Source: Squalus acanthias
Taxonomy: Eukaryota
Assembly (NCBI GenBank): GCA_030390025.1
Contig: CM059431.1
Span: 99,512,001-99,576,000 of the forward strand
DNA: 64,000 nt
Direction of reading: 5' to 3'
The notes under the pieces were generated by a model. That model saw only the letters and a list, made by a program, of their open reading frames with translations. It was not told the origin of the DNA and did not search any database. The number at the start of each line of letters is the position of its first letter. The stretch's first letter is position 1. The translations under genes and the position numbers were made by a program. This document shows, piece after piece, positions 12,771 to 25,424 of the stretch.

Positions 12771-13814
12771 TATTGCACTGGGAGTGTCAGCCTTGATTTT
12801 TGTGCTCAGGTCTCTGGAGTGAAGAATTGAGTCACTATAAATTGTGCTTGGTAGGACAGCCCCTTTAAGTATTTTCTGCTGACTCGCACACTCTTTACTC
12901 ACATCCACACAATGAAGTTCAGCTGCAGTTGAAATCCCACCGTGGCCCGTAATGTCCCAGGGTGAAACTGAGGAGAAGATCATGTAATGATAACCACTGA
13001 GCCAGTGCAGAGTCCCTGCAGACACAAGTCAGCATTGTGCCAATGAAGCCCGTTGAGGTCAGAAGTAATCATCAGATGGCAATTGTGGCATAACCGCCAG
13101 GAATACAAGACCATCGCAACCTTGTCCCCCTGGTCATTGCCAGAGTTTTCATCACACTGCTCGCGGAAGGAACTGACACGTTTCAAAAAAATACTCCTGA
13201 GGGTTGTAATAGGATTTTGACAAACACTCTGGTATCAAGTGTTTGTCTGGACACGTCATCACAATTATTCCCCATCCAATATCTGTAAAGTTGGAAATGT
13301 TCCATTTGTTGGCGTGGGATGTAGCTTTTCTTAAAAAAAATGATAAAATAAGCAGCTCCTGAATCAATTAAGAGTGTAAGATGAGTACACAGGAATGAAA
13401 GAATAGATATTGAGCATCCGAATTTCATCAAACCTTTCCCGTATGACTGCAGCATTGCTACAGTGCAGATCAAACAGAATAGCAGAAGCGCCGTCCGGGC
13501 TGACTGCAGCTTGTCCAGAGGCAATGCAATCTGCAAGACTAGCTCCCCCACAACAAGCTTCTGCCTCACACATACCTCGTACCAGAATAGCCTGAGTACA
13601 GAGCTTAAGGCGCTGGACTGCACACACACAGCGACCTCAGCAAACCGAAGTGTGTAATGGGATTGCACACTAAAGGTGGAGAGTTGCTGCAGAACAAATC
13701 ATGAGCAGCAACAGCAACAGCAAATCAGAATAAAGCAGGTGGTTTAGTGCAAACAGCTTAGAAAGAACAACGGGAAGGAGAGAGAAAGAATGAAAGATAG
13801 CTTTACAGGTAGAT

Positions 13815-14090
13815 AGATGGCATTTCTACAGCGCCTTTCATAACCTCAGGACGTCCCAAAGCGTTTTACAGCCAATGAAGTACTTTTTGAAGTGTAGTCA
13901 CTGTTGTAATGTAGGAAACGTGGCAGCCGATTTGCGCACAGCAAGCTCCCACAAACAGCAATGTGATAATGACCAGATAATCTGTTTTTGTTATGTTGAT
14001 TGAGGGATAAATATTGGCCCCAGGACACCGGGAAAAACTCCCCTGCTCTTCTTCGAAATAGTGCCATGGGATCTTTTACGTCCACCTGAG
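13815..14090 (-). mobile_element. Deu-domain SINE, 3' half
   Basis: Collinear with 56845-57092. Confidence 0.9.
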
Positions 14091-14134
14091 CATTTAAATG
14101 TCACACTATTTGTATATAGTGACGAATTCTAGAA

Positions 14135-14430
14135 CCACTGCAGTCCGTGTGGTGAAGGTGCTGACACCGACTGAGTGACTCGCTCGGCCACTTCAGAGGG
14201 CAGAAAAGAGTCAACCACATTAGTGTGGGACTGCAGTCAGGTGTAGGCCAGACTAGGAAAGGATATTTATGAAAGTCCAACAGCTTCAGAGTCACTTTTA
14301 CTGATGACAGTTTTTTATTACCAGATATTTTAAACTGAATTCAAATCACAAGCTACCATAGTGGGATTATGAACTCACCTTATACAGGATTATTCATCAT
14401 ACCAGTCCAGTAACATAACCACCTCAGTCA
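14135..14430 (-). mobile_element. Diverged copy of the 11100-type SINE
   Basis: aagagtcaaccacatt, gtaggccagact and aaactgaattcaaat are reverse-complement homologs of motifs in 11200-11380. Confidence 0.6.
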
Positions 14431-14574
14431 TACCTGGATTGCAAAGTGACCACTAGAAAGTGGGAATTCTCCTGTTCCTACTGACTGAACATTAACATTT
14501 CTGATTGTAGGGAGACAACTCTTGTATATGGGCATGCACAGAACTCTCCTAAGCAGAATGGTCAGGCAGGAGTC

Positions 14575-14925
14575 TGGCATGATGCTGAGAGGTTGTTTCC
14601 CCTGGCTGGAGACTCTAGAACTAGGGGGGTCACAGATAAGGGGTCGGCCATTTAAGACTGAGATGAGGAGGAATTTCTTCACTCAGAGGGTGGTGAATCT
14701 TTGGAATTCTCTACCCCAGAGGGCTGTGGATGCTCAGTCGTTGAGCATATTCAAGGCTGAGATCGATAGATTTTTGGACTCCAGGGGAATCAAGGGATAT
14801 GGAGATCGGGCGGGAAAGTGGAGATGAGGTCGATGATCAGCCATGATCTTATTGAATGGCGGAGCAGGCTCGAGGGGCCGAATGGCCGACTCCTGCTCCT
14901 GATTCTTATGTTCTTATGTTCTTAG
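14575..14925 (+). mobile_element. CR1/HER1-like 3' fragment
   Basis: EMRRNFFTQRVVNLWNSLPQRAV..FKAEIDRFL; (ttcttatg)n tail. Confidence 0.9.
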
Positions 14926-14931
14926 GCGTCA

Positions 14932-15380
14932 AGTGTCAGCTGTGGCTCAGTGGGCAGCACTCTACTCTCACCTCTGAGCCGGAAGGTCGTGTGTTCAAGC
15001 TCCAGTGCAGAGACTTGAGCACAAAATCCAGGCTGACACTCCAGTGCAGTGCCGAAGGAGCGCCGCACGGTTGGAGATGCCGTCTCTCAGATGAGATGTT
15101 AAACTGTCTGCCCTCTCAGGTTGGTGTAAAAGATCCCTTTGAAGAAGAGCAGGGGGAGTCCTCCCCAGTGTCCTGGGGCCAATATTTATCCCTCAACCAA
15201 CATCGCTAAAACAGATGATCTGGTCATTGTTTGTGGGAGCTTGCTGTGTGCAAATTGGCTGCTGCCTTTCCTACATTGCAACAGTGACCACACTTCAAAA
15301 GTACTTCACTGGCTGTAAAGCGCTTTGGGATGCCCTGAGGTTGTGAAAGGCGCTAGAGAAATGCAAGTTCTTTCTTTCTT
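14932..15380 (+). mobile_element. Near full-length Deu-domain SINE (SacSINE1-like) without array
   Basis: Head gtgtcagctgtggctcagtgggcagc...gttcaagctcc, Deu domain gtaaaagatccc..gaagaagagcagggg, L2-like tail and (tctt)n. Confidence 0.9.
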
Positions 15381-16374
15381 TAAGCAAGGTTCTGCCTCAG
15401 TGGAACCTGAGCCAGACTGATGACGCTAAATGTTATCCTTAATCGATTTATATCCACATATGAAGCAAATCCCCCGAGTTTAGATATCTTGCTGCACCAA
15501 CAGGAATCACATCTGTAATAAAACTGTCGGCAAATATCCAAATCCTGCCTCATAAGGTTAAAACTATTAGACAACTGAATTTTCATAATTCATTATTTCG
15601 GTGCATACGCACGGAAATGATTTCAGCATCTGGCAGAGGCCCAGATATGTGTTATAAACACGGTATGAATACAGTGCTGATGGTGAGAAGTGACCGAGCA
15701 ACCAGCAATCAATGTTTAGCAAGTCCAATAATGAATCATGCCACCAATGGGAAAGTCAAAGGCTTGACTTTAATTACCATCTGTGGTAACGTTGACTTAT
15801 AATTCACAGTATGTGTTCTCATCAACTCCCACACTAACCATCACAATATTTGTCGTGCTAATCAATGTAGAGTTCCTGTTTATCCAATCTAGTAAAGGTT
15901 AAACAATCCGCCCGGCCTTTAAAGCTAGCAGACATGATGTCAGGGAGGAAGTGAGATAATATCAAAATGTGCAGGCTTGAAACGAAGGATAATTAAATAT
16001 TCTGAACGATTACATCTTCAAAGTATTCACAAGGGAAGAGATGAACAACATGCCATCCGTAAAGAAAGAGCACAAAGCATAATTGAAGACTGATATAAAT
16101 GAATGCTCGCAAAGCTGATGGGACTGAACAAATAAATTGCCCAGGTTACAAGATATTTATCCCAGTGCATTGAGAGGAGATTTCCGAGCCACTGCTAACC
16201 ATTATGAGGGAGCCAATGGACAGTGGGGAGATATCAATAGATTGACTAGAGACTATTGTCGTCCCATATTCAAAAAGGGGGACAAACTAGCTGAAAGCAA
16301 CGACAGACCCATTCATTTTATTTCAATTCTATCTAACATAACAGAATTGGTTATCAGGAGTAAACTCAATGATC

Positions 16375-16655
16375 ATCCGCTGCCCCGTGTCCTGACTCGC
16401 ACCAAGTCCCCGTTCGCCCATCAGCCCCCCGTGCTCGCTGACCTACATTGGCTCCTGGTCTGGCAACGCCTCGATTTTAATATTCTCATCTTTCTTTTCA
16501 AATCCCTCCATGGCCTCGCCCCTCCCTCCCTCTCTCTGTAACCTCCTCCAACCCTCCGAGATCTCTGCGCTCCTCCATTTTTGCCCTCTTGCGCCCCCCC
16601 TGATTCTCATCCTCTCCGCCAACCATTGGCGGCCGCGCCTTCAGAGCTGCCTGGC
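16375..16655 (+). mobile_element. L2 fragment, preceded by an old CR1 fragment (~16130-16375)
   Basis: VLADLHWL...FKSLHGLAP; upstream PIFKKGDK..N.RPI resembles CR1 ORF2. Confidence 0.75.
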
Positions 16656-17342
16656 TCTGGAAGTCGTTGACTTCAATGGAGACTAGAATCGGGCGGGGGT
16701 ATAAAACCAGCTTGCACTCGATCCCGTCAGTTTCCCCAAGGTCGGGTTAGGTTAAAAATGCCCCCTCCCCCATTAAATCTAGTGCAGGCAGATTTTTGCT
16801 GTTGAAGGATTCAGTGCTCTACGCCCCAGATGGCATTCAAATGTATGAAAGGCTGCCTGTCGAAAATAACCTGGAATATCTTCACGAATTGTTTGAGGTC
16901 ACGGGTACTACAATGCAGACGCAGACTAAAAATAACTTAATAAGCAGAATGCAATTGCAATTTTATTAGTGAGTTTCAGCAGGTCAGTGTTGGAACCCTC
17001 ACAGTGAAGCTGATATTGATTCAGCCATGTCCGCTCACTCTGATTTATTTTTTGGAGCAGGTTCGAATTCTCAGGTTTGTCTGATGGCAGTAGAAAGAAA
17101 TTGCTGGTCTCTGTAAATCTTTAAAATAGCTTTCTCAAACTAGTCTTCAGTGTATGGTGGTGTGGTTTTTAACAACTTATTTTTATTCATTCATGGGATG
17201 TGGGCGTCGCTGACAAGGCCAGCATTTATTGCCCATCCCTAATTGCCCTTGAGAAGGTGGTGGTGAGCGGTTCAATTGTTGCGACTCCGGATTGTGCTGC
17301 TCTACAAGTAGATATAGGGCAGTGTGAGTCAACGCCCATGCA

Positions 17343-17690
17343 CAACATCAACAACACCTTGCATTTATATAGCGCCTTTAACGTCGTAAAACCTCCCAAG
17401 GTGCTTCACAGGAGCGTAAACCAGACAGAATTTGACACCGAGCCACATAAGGAGATATTAGGGACAGGTGACCAAAAGCTTGGTCAAAGAGGCAGGTTTT
17501 AAGGAGCGTCGTAAAGAAGGAGAGAGAGGTAGAGAGCCGGAGAGGTTTGGGGAGGGAATTCCAGAGCTCAGGGCCCAGGCAGCTGAAGGCACGGCCGCCA
17601 ATGGTGGGGTGATGGAAATCGGGGATGCGCAAGAGGCCAGAATTGGAGGAGCGCAGAGATCTCGGAGGGTTGTAGGGCTGGAGGGAGTGA
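17343..17690 (-). mobile_element. L2 3' end
   Basis: ORF 17378-17632 contains GGRAFSCLGPELWNSLP..LKTCLFDQAF. Confidence 0.9.
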
Positions 17691-17907
17691 CTGATGCCAC
17701 TGGAACCGAGACGGTGGTATGCTTGACATCTCGGAACTTGTAGTACTGGCCTTCCCTTCCATCAGCAGAGTCCTAAGCCCCAACCCCCTCACCACGATTC
17801 ACGTTCAGCAGGTGGGCAGTGCGTGTGACTACAAGCATCGGGAGTGCAGCAAAATCTCGGTGGCCAATTTCAGCAGGGGAAGTTCAACAAGAGGCCTCCC
17901 TCCCCAC

Positions 17908-18071
17908 AAACGTTCCGTACAAGCTGTGCGGCCGCGCCACGCCCTGCGGCTCCCGTGTAGCCGGCTCTCCGGCTTTTAAATAAGAAAAACCGCGCACGCT
18001 CGGGATTTTGAATGGGCCGCACAGCCCCTTAAAGGGGCCGCGCACCCAAACAAAAATTAAAGGGAACATTG
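17908..18071. mobile_element. hAT-like MITE with 8-bp TSD
   Basis: Perfect TSD ctccccac at 17900-17907 and 18072-18079; imperfect TIRs aaacgttccgtacaa / ttaaagggaacattg. Confidence 0.75.
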
Positions 18072-19122
18072 CTCCCCACCCCATTTCCTCAACTCAAATA
18101 GTGCATTGGGACCTTTTACGTCCGCCTGAGTGAGCAGACAGGGCTTCAATTTAACAGCTCAGTTACCGTTGGATCTTGTAGTTTGATAACCGCTCCTGTG
18201 CAGCGCCTTGGGACCTTTCACTATATTAAAGGCGCTATATAAATGCACCTTGTTGCTGTTGTTGTTTGATTTATGTCACCCTGGTATGCACTCTCCCCAT
18301 GGCAATCTAAAGATTGTATTTAATTATGCTTTCTATAATCCAGAAGGATTTAGCTCCCTTGCACCATGAATCAGGACCTGAGACAGAAAGAGAACACGGC
18401 ACCAGTGCAAATGGGTAATTTACCAGCCCTGGGCGAAAGCCTACTCGCAGAATCATTGGTTGCTTGAAACCTTTGGGGGAGGGTCGTTCAGCGGCATGTT
18501 GCCGTAATATTGTGAAACATGGTTGAGCTGGCGTGCACTGCACCAAACCCGGTCAGGGAGCTTAAACACACAGCAGCTGTTAGTATCTGTTCACTGCCGC
18601 GCCACAGTAACTCACCAGGCGCTGCCCCTTCCTCAGAGAGCTGCTTGACAGATGGGTCTTGGGAGGAAAGGCCGTTTACGTTGAATGAACTAGCTGTTTT
18701 ATTTTTGAGTGGAGTGCTCTGGAACTTTCGATTTCCTGTTACTACCATTAATTGTAGATTAACAACGAAAATAATCTATGATATCTGTTTACCATCGAAC
18801 CATACAGCACAGAAGGAGGCCATTTGGCCCATCGTGCCTGTGCCGGCTCTTTGAAAGAGCTCTCCAATTAGTCCCACTCTCTCCCCCTGATCTTTCCCCA
18901 GAGCCCTGCAAATTTACCCCATCAAGTATTTATCCAATTCGCTTTTGAAAGTTACTATTGAATCTGCTTCCACCGCCCTTTCAAGATCAGTTTCTGCTTA
19001 TTTACTCTATCGAAACCTTTCATGATTTTGAACCCCTCTATTAAATCTCCCCTTAACCTTCTCTGCTTTAAGGAGAAGAACCCCAGCTTCTCCAGTCTCT
19101 CCACATCACTGAAGTCCCTCAT

Positions 19123-19332
19123 ACAAAAGCAAAATACCGCGGATGCTGGAAATCTGAAAAAAACCCAGAAAATGCTGGAAACACTCAGCAGGTCAGGCAG
19201 CATCTGTGGAGAGAGAAACAGAGTTAACGTTTCGGGTCGATGACCCTTCGTCAGAACTGGGCAGTTTCTGTTTCTCTCTCCACAGATGCTGCCTGACCTG
19301 CTGAGTATTTCCAGCATTTTCTGTTTTTATTT
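19123..19332. mobile_element. Short non-autonomous Penelope pLTR-derived fold-back element with 14-bp TSD
   Basis: TSD ctgaagtccctcat at 19109-19122 and 19333-19346; inverted arms ~19166-19222 and ~19267-19325; homologous to the Penelope end at 45773-45873. Confidence 0.85.
19222..19258 (-). ncRNA. Minimal type-I hammerhead ribozyme motif (family A)
   Basis: Minus strand reads agtt-CTGACGA-agggtc atc gaccc-GAAA-cg-TT-aact. Confidence 0.8.
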
Positions 19333-19711
19333 CTGAAGTCCCTCATCCCTGGTGCCATCCCAGTAAATCCCCCCTTAACCTTCTCTGCTCCAAGGAGAAT
19401 GACTTTAGTTTATGCCTAGTAAGAGTGTGAGGTCATCAATTATGCAGCATTGGAAATCTTTATATAACGCCACAACTTGAATTTACCTTATATGAAATTT
19501 TAAAAAGTCTGCATCCCTTTTGCCAATTTGTTGTATTTCAAACTATTAAATATTAAAAATTGTAGGCTTGCCAAATGATGCACCAAGTAGCAAGTGCTGG
19601 CACTTGAGGCTTGTTGCCTCACCTAATGACGGTTTGATCAGCGTGCTTTTCACACACACACACAGAGTACAGGAGGTAAACAAATCAAATGGCAGTAGAC
19701 TATACAATTCA

Positions 19712-19828
19712 CCTGTGACAGAGACCGCAGGTCCCGCATTGGATGCATCAGTCACCTGAGAACCCATTTTTAGTGTGGAAGCAAGTCATCCTCGGTTCCC
19801 AGGGACTGCCTAAGAGAGAAGAAGAAAG
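19712..19828 (+). mobile_element. RTE 3' end
   Basis: Reverse-complement homolog of 888-996, with a gaagaagaa tail. Confidence 0.85.
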
Positions 19829-20059
19829 TCAGAGAGAGAAAGATGTGTAACCGAATCATTGCAAAATAAATTTCTGTGTAATTTTTCATATTGTGGCATG
19901 AATACAGAGTTTACAGAGCAGAAACAGGCCATTCACCCAACTGGCCTGTGCTGGTGTTTATGCTCCACACGAGCCTCCTCCCACCTCTACATGATCTCAC
20001 CTTCAACACCTCGAGGTGTGGTCAGTAAAAGGGGGAAGCGGGGGGAGAGAAACTGTCAA

Positions 20060-20645
20060 TGATATAGAGGCACTGGAGAAGGTGCAAAAAAAATTCATAA
20101 AGATGATGCTGAAGGTTAGAACTATCAGGAAAGACTGAACAGGCGGGGGCTCTTTCCTCTAAAAGAAAAGAGAAGGCTGAGGAGTGGCCTGATAGAGGTC
20201 TTAATGAGAGGGTTTGATAGGGTAGACGTAGAGAAGATGTTTCCTCTTGTGGGGGAATCTATGGAAGATTTTCGCCAGTCAGGGAGCAATTTTTACCAGT
20301 CATCGAATCATCGAATAGTGCAGCACAGAAGGAGGCCATTCGGCCCATCGAGTCTGCGCCGGCTCTTTCGAAGAGCGATCCAGTCAGTCCCACTCCCCCC
20401 GCTCTTTCCCCATATCCCTGCAATTTTTTCTCCTTCAAGTATTTATCCAATTCTCTTTTGAAGGCTACTATTGAATCTGTATCCACCACCCTATTCCCAA
20501 TCCTAACCACTCGCTGCGTAAAAAAGTTTTTCCTCTTGTCGCCTCTGGTTCTACTGCCAATCACCTTGAATCTGTGCCCTCTGGTTATCGACCCTTCAGC
20601 CATTGGAAACAGTTTCCTTTTATTTACTCTATCTAAACCCTCCAG
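20060..20645. mobile_element. Two CR1 fragments (+ ~20060-20260; - ~20300-20645)
   Basis: MRGFDRVDVEKMFPLVGE on +; TRGHRFKV..FFTQRVV..FKRELDKYL on -. Confidence 0.8.
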
Positions 20646-21449
20646 GACCAGTAGCTGAATCATTCTTTTCCACTTCCTACTACGCTGTTTTAATGAATCC
20701 CATTTGCAACCTAGCGCTGCCTCTGTTTTTCGGGTGCTTTTGGGGTGGGTAAGGGTGAGCACCTGTTGCTCGGGTCTATGCCCGTTTTTAGCCTCCGATG
20801 TATCATCAGCCAAATGTTTGGAGTACCTGTCCAAATACGGGCAGGTGTTTGTAAATGAAGTAGCAATGAAATGGTGACATCAAGCGTCCTATTTTCTGTC
20901 ATTACAGCCTATACAGCACTGAACGCAACTAAAGCCTGGATAAAACAAGCACCCAGCGTTGCTGGGCACAAGAAGTGGTGAAAGTAAATTTAAAGGGGTC
21001 ACAGCAAGTGCATTAAAAGTGCTGCAAAACCTTTCTTTGGGAATTCTTTCCTTGCTACAGCCCATGCTTCACTATTTACCTCCACGCCTTCTGCTATTAG
21101 AAACATAGAAACATAGAAAAATAGGAGCAGGAGTCGGCCATTCGGCCCTTCGAGCCTGCTCCGCCATTCAATATGATCATGGCTGATCCTCTATCTCAAT
21201 ACCATATTCCCGCTCTCTCCCCATACCCCTTGATGCCTCCATCCACATTCTAAAGAGGTCACCATGGATTTCATAAGAACGGATGTTCCACCCTCTGGTT
21301 GAGATAGGAGCACTGTTTGTGGTGCCTACACTTCACAAGGGAAGCCTGTCAATGAGTCAAACCACATCCTTGAACCTAATTTGAAGGTTACCTCAGTTGA
21401 CTATCAAAAGGCCAAAAACCAAAACTATGCAAAGTTTAAATAAAAAAAC

Positions 21450-22315
21450 TGTAGTCACTGTTGTAAGGTAGGAAATGCGACAGCCAATTGGCGCACAGCA
21501 AGCTCCCACAAACAGCAGTGAGATAAATGGCCAGAAGATGGTTGAGGCATAAATGTTGGGCCAGGACACTGGGAGGAACTCCACTGTTCTTCTTCAATTA
21601 GTGCCCGTGAGATCTTTTACATCCACCTGAGAGGGCAGGCGGGACCTTAGTTTAACGCCTCCTCTGAAAGACAGCCCCTCCAACAGTGCAGCACTCCCTC
21701 AGTACTGCCCCTCCGACAGTGCAGCGCTCCCTCAGTTCTGACCCTCCGACAGTGCGGCGCTCCCTCAGTACTGCCCCTCCAACAGTGCAGCACTCCCTCA
21801 GTACTGCCCCTCCGACAGTGCAGCGCTCCCTCAGTTCTGACCCTCCGACAGTGCGGCGCTCCCTCAGTACTGCCCCTCCAACAGTGCAGCACTCCCTCAG
21901 TACTGCCCCTCCGACAGTGCAGCACTCCCTCAGTACTGCCCCTCCGACAGTGCTGCGCTCCCTCAGTACTGCCCCTCCGACAGTGCAGCACTCCCTCAGT
22001 ACTGACCCTCCGACAGTGCGGCGCTCCCTCAGTACTGACCCTCCGACAGTGGAGCGTTCCCTCAGTACCGCCCCTCCGACAGTGCAGCGCTCCCTCAGTA
22101 CTGCCCCTCCGACAGTGCGGAGCTCCCTCAGTACTGCCCCTCCGAAAGTGTGGCACTCCCTCAGTACTGCCCCTCCAACAGTGCGGAGCTCCCTCAGCAC
22201 TGCAATGGGACAGTCAGCCTTAATTTTGTACTCAAGTCTCTGGAGTGGGACTTGAACCCACAACATTCTGACTTAGAAGCGAGAGAGAGTGCTGCCCACT
22301 GAGCCACGGCTGAAA
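21450..22315 (-). mobile_element. Deu-domain SINE with internal 33-bp array (21676-22200, ~16 copies)
   Basis: tRNA head at ~22240-22315 (gtgctgcccactgagccacggctg), then the array, then the Deu domain. Confidence 0.9.
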
Positions 22316-22825
22316 CCTTAGTGGGAGGGCAGCTTTGTTGGCATAAAATTAAATTTGAGACATTAAATCAGTAAGTTGTATTAAATTTTTAAGGGAACAC
22401 AGTTTAATTTAATATGGAGAGACAGCTGTAATCTGTCATGAGCAGAATCTGCACTATGTAGGAGACCTGGGATACGTTGTGTGTCTGGGATCAACGAGAG
22501 TGTAGCATCTCCTATTGCATGAGCTTCAACTCAAGGTTTTCAGATAGTTCCACTCCACCACCTCAAGGAGCCTGGAATGCTTGTCTCAGGAAACAGTCAC
22601 CCTGCAGGCAGAGCGAATTACTGATGAAGTGAAATGGGGAACCATCCACTGGGGTTAGAGGAGGAACAGGATTCCTTGAGTGTTTAATGATCCAAGGGAA
22701 GATACAAAAATAACGACCTCGCCACCCTGCCAGACTTAATCAGCCTGAAAATCCCTCCACTACTTCACACTATTCTCTCTAAGAGAACATAGGAATAGGA
22801 GACCATTCAGCCCCTCGAACCTGTT

Positions 22826-25192
22826 ACATAGAAACATAGAAACATAGAAAATTAGGAGCAGGAGTAGGCCATTCGGCCCTTCGAGCCTGTTCCGCTATTC
22901 AATATGATCATGGCTGATCCTCTATCTCAATACCATATTCCTGCTCTCTCCCATACTTGATGCCTTTTGTGTCTAAAAATCTATCTATCTCCTTCTTAAA
23001 TATATTCAGTGATTTGGCCTCCACAGCCTTCTGTGGTAGAGAATTCCACAGGTTCACCACCCTCTGAGTGAAGAAATTTCTCCTCATCTCAGTCCTAAAT
23101 GTCCTACCCCGTATCCTGAGACTGTGACCCCTCGTTCTAGACCCCCCGGCCAGGGGAAACATCCTCCCTGCATCCAGTCTGTCTAGCCCTGTCAGAATTT
23201 TATACGTTTCAATGAGATCCCCTCTCATTCTTCTAAACTCTAGTGAATACAGGCCTAGTCGACCCAATCTCTCCTCATATGACAGTCCTGCCATCCCAGG
23301 AATCAGTCTGGTGAACCTTTCTTAGGTAAGGAGACCAAAACTGCACACAGTACTCCAGGTGTGGTCTTACCAAGGCCCTGTACAACTGTAGTAAGACATC
23401 CTTGCTCCTGTACTCAAATCCTTTTGCAATGAAGGCCAACAAACCATTTGCCTTCCTAACTGCTTGCTGCACCTGCATATTTGCTTTCTGTGACTGGTGT
23501 ACAAGGACACCCAGATCCCTTTGTACATCAGCATTTCCCTATCTATCAACATTTAAATAATACTCTACCTTTCTGTTTTTCCGACCGAAGTGTATAACTT
23601 CACATTTATCCACGTTATACTGCATCTGCCATGTATTTGCCCACTCACTCAACTTGTCTAAATCTTTGCATTCTCCTCACAACTTACAATTCCACCTAGT
23701 TTTATGTCGTCAGCAAACTTGGAAATATTACATTTGGTTCCCTCATCCAAATCATTGATATATATTGTGAATAGCTGGGGCCCAAGCACTGATCCCTGCG
23801 GCACCCCACTAGTCACCGCCTGCCACCCCGAAAAACACCCATTTATTCCTACTCTCTGTTTCCTGTCTGTTAACCAATTTTCAATCCATGCCAGTATATT
23901 ACCCCCAATCCCATGTGCTTTAATTTTGCACACTAACCTCTTATGTGGGACTTTATCAAAGGCCTTCTGAAAATCCAAATACACCACATCCACTGGTTCT
24001 CCCTTATCTATTCTACCAGTTACATCCTCAAAAAACTCCAGTAGGTTTGTCAAACACGATTTCCCTTTCATAAATCCATGTTGACTTTGCCTAATCCCGT
24101 TGATATTTTCTAAGTGTCCTGTTATCACATCCTTTATAATAGACTCTAGCATTTTCCCTACTACTGATGTTAGGATAACTGTAGTTCCCTGTTTTCTCTC
24201 TCCCTCCTTTTTTAAATAGTGGGGTTACATTTGCCACCCTCCAATCTGCAGGAACTGTTCCATAATCTATAGAATTTTGGAAGATGACAACCAATGCATC
24301 CACTATTTCCATGGCTACCTCTTTTATTATTCTGGGATGCAGATTATCAGGCCCTGGGGATTTATCAGCTTTCAGTCCCAACAATTTCTCCAGCACTATT
24401 TTTTTACTAATACTGATTTCCTTGAATTCCTCCTTCTCACTAGACCCTTGGTTCCCTAGCATTTCTGGGAAGTTATTTTTGTCCTCTTCCGTGAAGACAG
24501 AACCAAAGTATTTGTTTAATTGCTTGCCATTTCCTTGTTCCCCATTATAAATTCTCCGTTTCTGACTAAGGGACCTACATTTGTCTTCACTAATCTTTTT
24601 CTTTTTACATCCTTGTAGAAGCTTTTACAGTCCACTTTTATGTTCCTTGCAAGTTTACTCTCATACTCTATTTTTCCCCTCTTAATCAATCTCTTGGTCC
24701 TTTTTTGCTGAACTCTAAACTGCTCCCAATCCTCAGGCTTGCTACTTTTTCTGGCAACTTTATATGACTCCTCTTTGGATCTAATACTATCCTTAATTTC
24801 TTTTGTTAGCCATGGTTGGGCCGCTTTTCCTTTTGTGTTTTTGCACCAGAAAGGAATGTATCACTGTTGCAATTCATGCATTTGTTCCTTAAATGTTAGC
24901 CATTGTCTATCCACTGTCATGCCTTTTAATGAAGCTCCCCAATCTATCATAGCCAACTCACTCCTCATACCATCGTAGTTTCCTTTGTTTAGATTTAGGA
25001 CCCTAGTTTCGGATTGGACTTCTTCACTTTCCATTTTAATGAAGAATTCTATTCTTCATTATGGTCACTCTTCCCTAAAGGACCCCTCACAACAAGATTA
25101 TTAATTAACCCCTTCTCATTGCACAATACCCAATATCCTGTTCCCTAGTTGGCTCCTCAACGTACTGGTCTAAAAAACTATCTCGTACACAT
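22826..25192 (-). mobile_element. Long 5'-truncated CR1/HER1-like LINE with disrupted ORF2, inserted in another CR1 tail
   Basis: ORFs 24091-24462, 23658-24152 ([41 protein letters not shown]), 23275-23478 and 22908-23294; (catagaaa)n tail. Confidence 0.95.
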
Positions 25193-25210
25193 TCTACCAT
25201 TCAATTAGAT

Positions 25211-25424
25211 AACTGGATAGAATTGTATTTCTACAGCACCTTTCCCGACCTCAGGACATCCCAAAGTGCTTTACAGCCAATGAAGTACTTTTTGAAGTGC
25301 AGTCACTGTTGTAATGTAGGAAACGCGGCAGCCAATTTGCGCTCAGCAAGATCCCACAAACAACAATGTGATAATGACCAGATAGTCTGCTTGTGATGTT
25401 GATTGAGGGATTAATATTGAGAGA
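25211..25424 (-). mobile_element. Deu-domain SINE 3' fragment with 10-bp TSD
   Basis: TSD tcaattagat at 25201-25210 and 25425-25434, within a CR1 tail. Confidence 0.85.

Larger units (their letters stand above)
11566..12822 (-). mobile_element. Deu-domain SINE interrupted by an HE1-like SINE plus CR1 tail (~11770-12222) and carrying a 33-bp array
   Basis: The SINE sequence ggccaggacacc..|agaactcccctgctc resumes at 12223; collinear with 56832-57280. Confidence 0.85.
18797..19447 (-). mobile_element. CR1 3' fragment interrupted by a fold-back element (19123-19332)
   Basis: ERLEKLGFFSLKQRRLRGDLIE.FKIMKGFD; very similar to 57790-58400. Confidence 0.85.

Noticed and set aside
20650..20834. KWDSLKQRSRKWK as a Myb-like fragment
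   Set aside because: The match is too short, there is no upstream tryptophan helix, and the ORF runs into CR1 sequence.
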